Positions 63,277 through 64,000 of a DNA stretch of 64,000 bases are shown piece by piece. The notes under the pieces were generated by a model that was not told where the DNA came from, made no database searches, and saw only the letters and a list, made by a program, of their open reading frames with translations. The position numbers and the translations under genes were made by a program. Numbering within the stretch: position 1 is the stretch's first letter; every line of letters starts with the position of its first letter. Source of the stretch: Lytechinus pictus (Eukaryota); contig NC_087250.1 of assembly GCF_037042905.1 (NCBI RefSeq), positions 6,140,001 through 6,204,000 on the forward strand, read 5' to 3'.

Positions 63277-64000
63277 TATAAATCGGTTTGCGCGCGCGCG
63301 TGTGCGTGTTTGTGTGTGTGGCAGGGGGGGGGGGGTGGGTGGGTGGGGTGGGTGCATGTAGTGGAGGTGTCGTGGAGGTGTCGTGGCCGAGTGCTCTAAG
63401 GCACCTGGGCCCGTATTCCATAAACGAGATAAGCTTTTTGCTTAAGTCTTAGCAATTTGTCTTAGCATTTTGCTTGTCTAAGAAATCTTCCCTAACGATA
63501 TTCTATAAACTTTAAGACATTTGTCTCAAGTCAGACGATATGGCTAAGCCAAAGTCTCAAAGTCAAATTCTATGACCTTCTAAACTGCTACAGGGGTGAC
63601 TGCAACAAAATAGCAAAAATGTCATTGAAGTTGTTTTTTCTTAACAAGTTTGATTTTATTGAAACTAATTACAACTATTGTAGTAAAAGAAGAGCATTCA
63701 TCACCCATATATGGTAAGAATTCTTTATTCAGATTATTCTATATTTTGTTAATTACCAAAACATTTCAATCCCAAACCGAGTGACTTGCACAGTTTTTTA
63801 TGTATCAGTCCCATTCATTACTTTTCATGTATTGTTTGTCAAAATCTAAATGGAATAGGGTAGATTCCTCTCGACATCTTTATTCTACTTCAGTTGAAGT
63901 AGACCTAGGGTCTAAGGGAAAACATTTGTAACTTTTGAGACTAGTCTTGGGTCTAACATTAGGCCTAGATCTAGCCTAGGCCCAAGATCTACAACTAATA

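Noticed and set aside
63379..63406. gtcgtggccgagtgctctaaggcac as a tRNA gene
   Set aside because: Only an A-box-like 5' fragment, cut by a gggcccgtatt MITE-like end; no cloverleaf or B box follows.

Overview
AT-rich, intron-containing animal genomic DNA. The repeat families and gene type suggest an echinoderm such as a sea urchin (inference). The window is dominated by one + strand gene reconstructed by hand from splice sites and intron phases: 21 coding exons, 7220-39928, about 3,068 aa. Its architecture is ~57 ankyrin repeats (about 55 in one 5.5-kb exon) - ZU5 - UPA - death domain (DD) - DD - two divergent death-fold-like domains - ZU5 - UPA - DD, which suggests an innate-immune or cell-death sensor/adaptor. 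Exon 14 is split by a 3.9-kb foldback DNA transposon that carries two further nested elements; removing it with one TAT duplication restores the frame exactly. A diverged in-phase copy of exons 13-16 lies at 54578-57874 with no visible 5' half. The rest is repeats: L2/CR1 and Tx1/L1 LINE fragments, many MITEs and foldback elements, a 19-unit ~180-bp satellite with higher-order structure, and a repeated unit carrying a tRNA-like cloverleaf with a TCA anticodon. All domain and family names come from motif recognition by eye, not from database searches.
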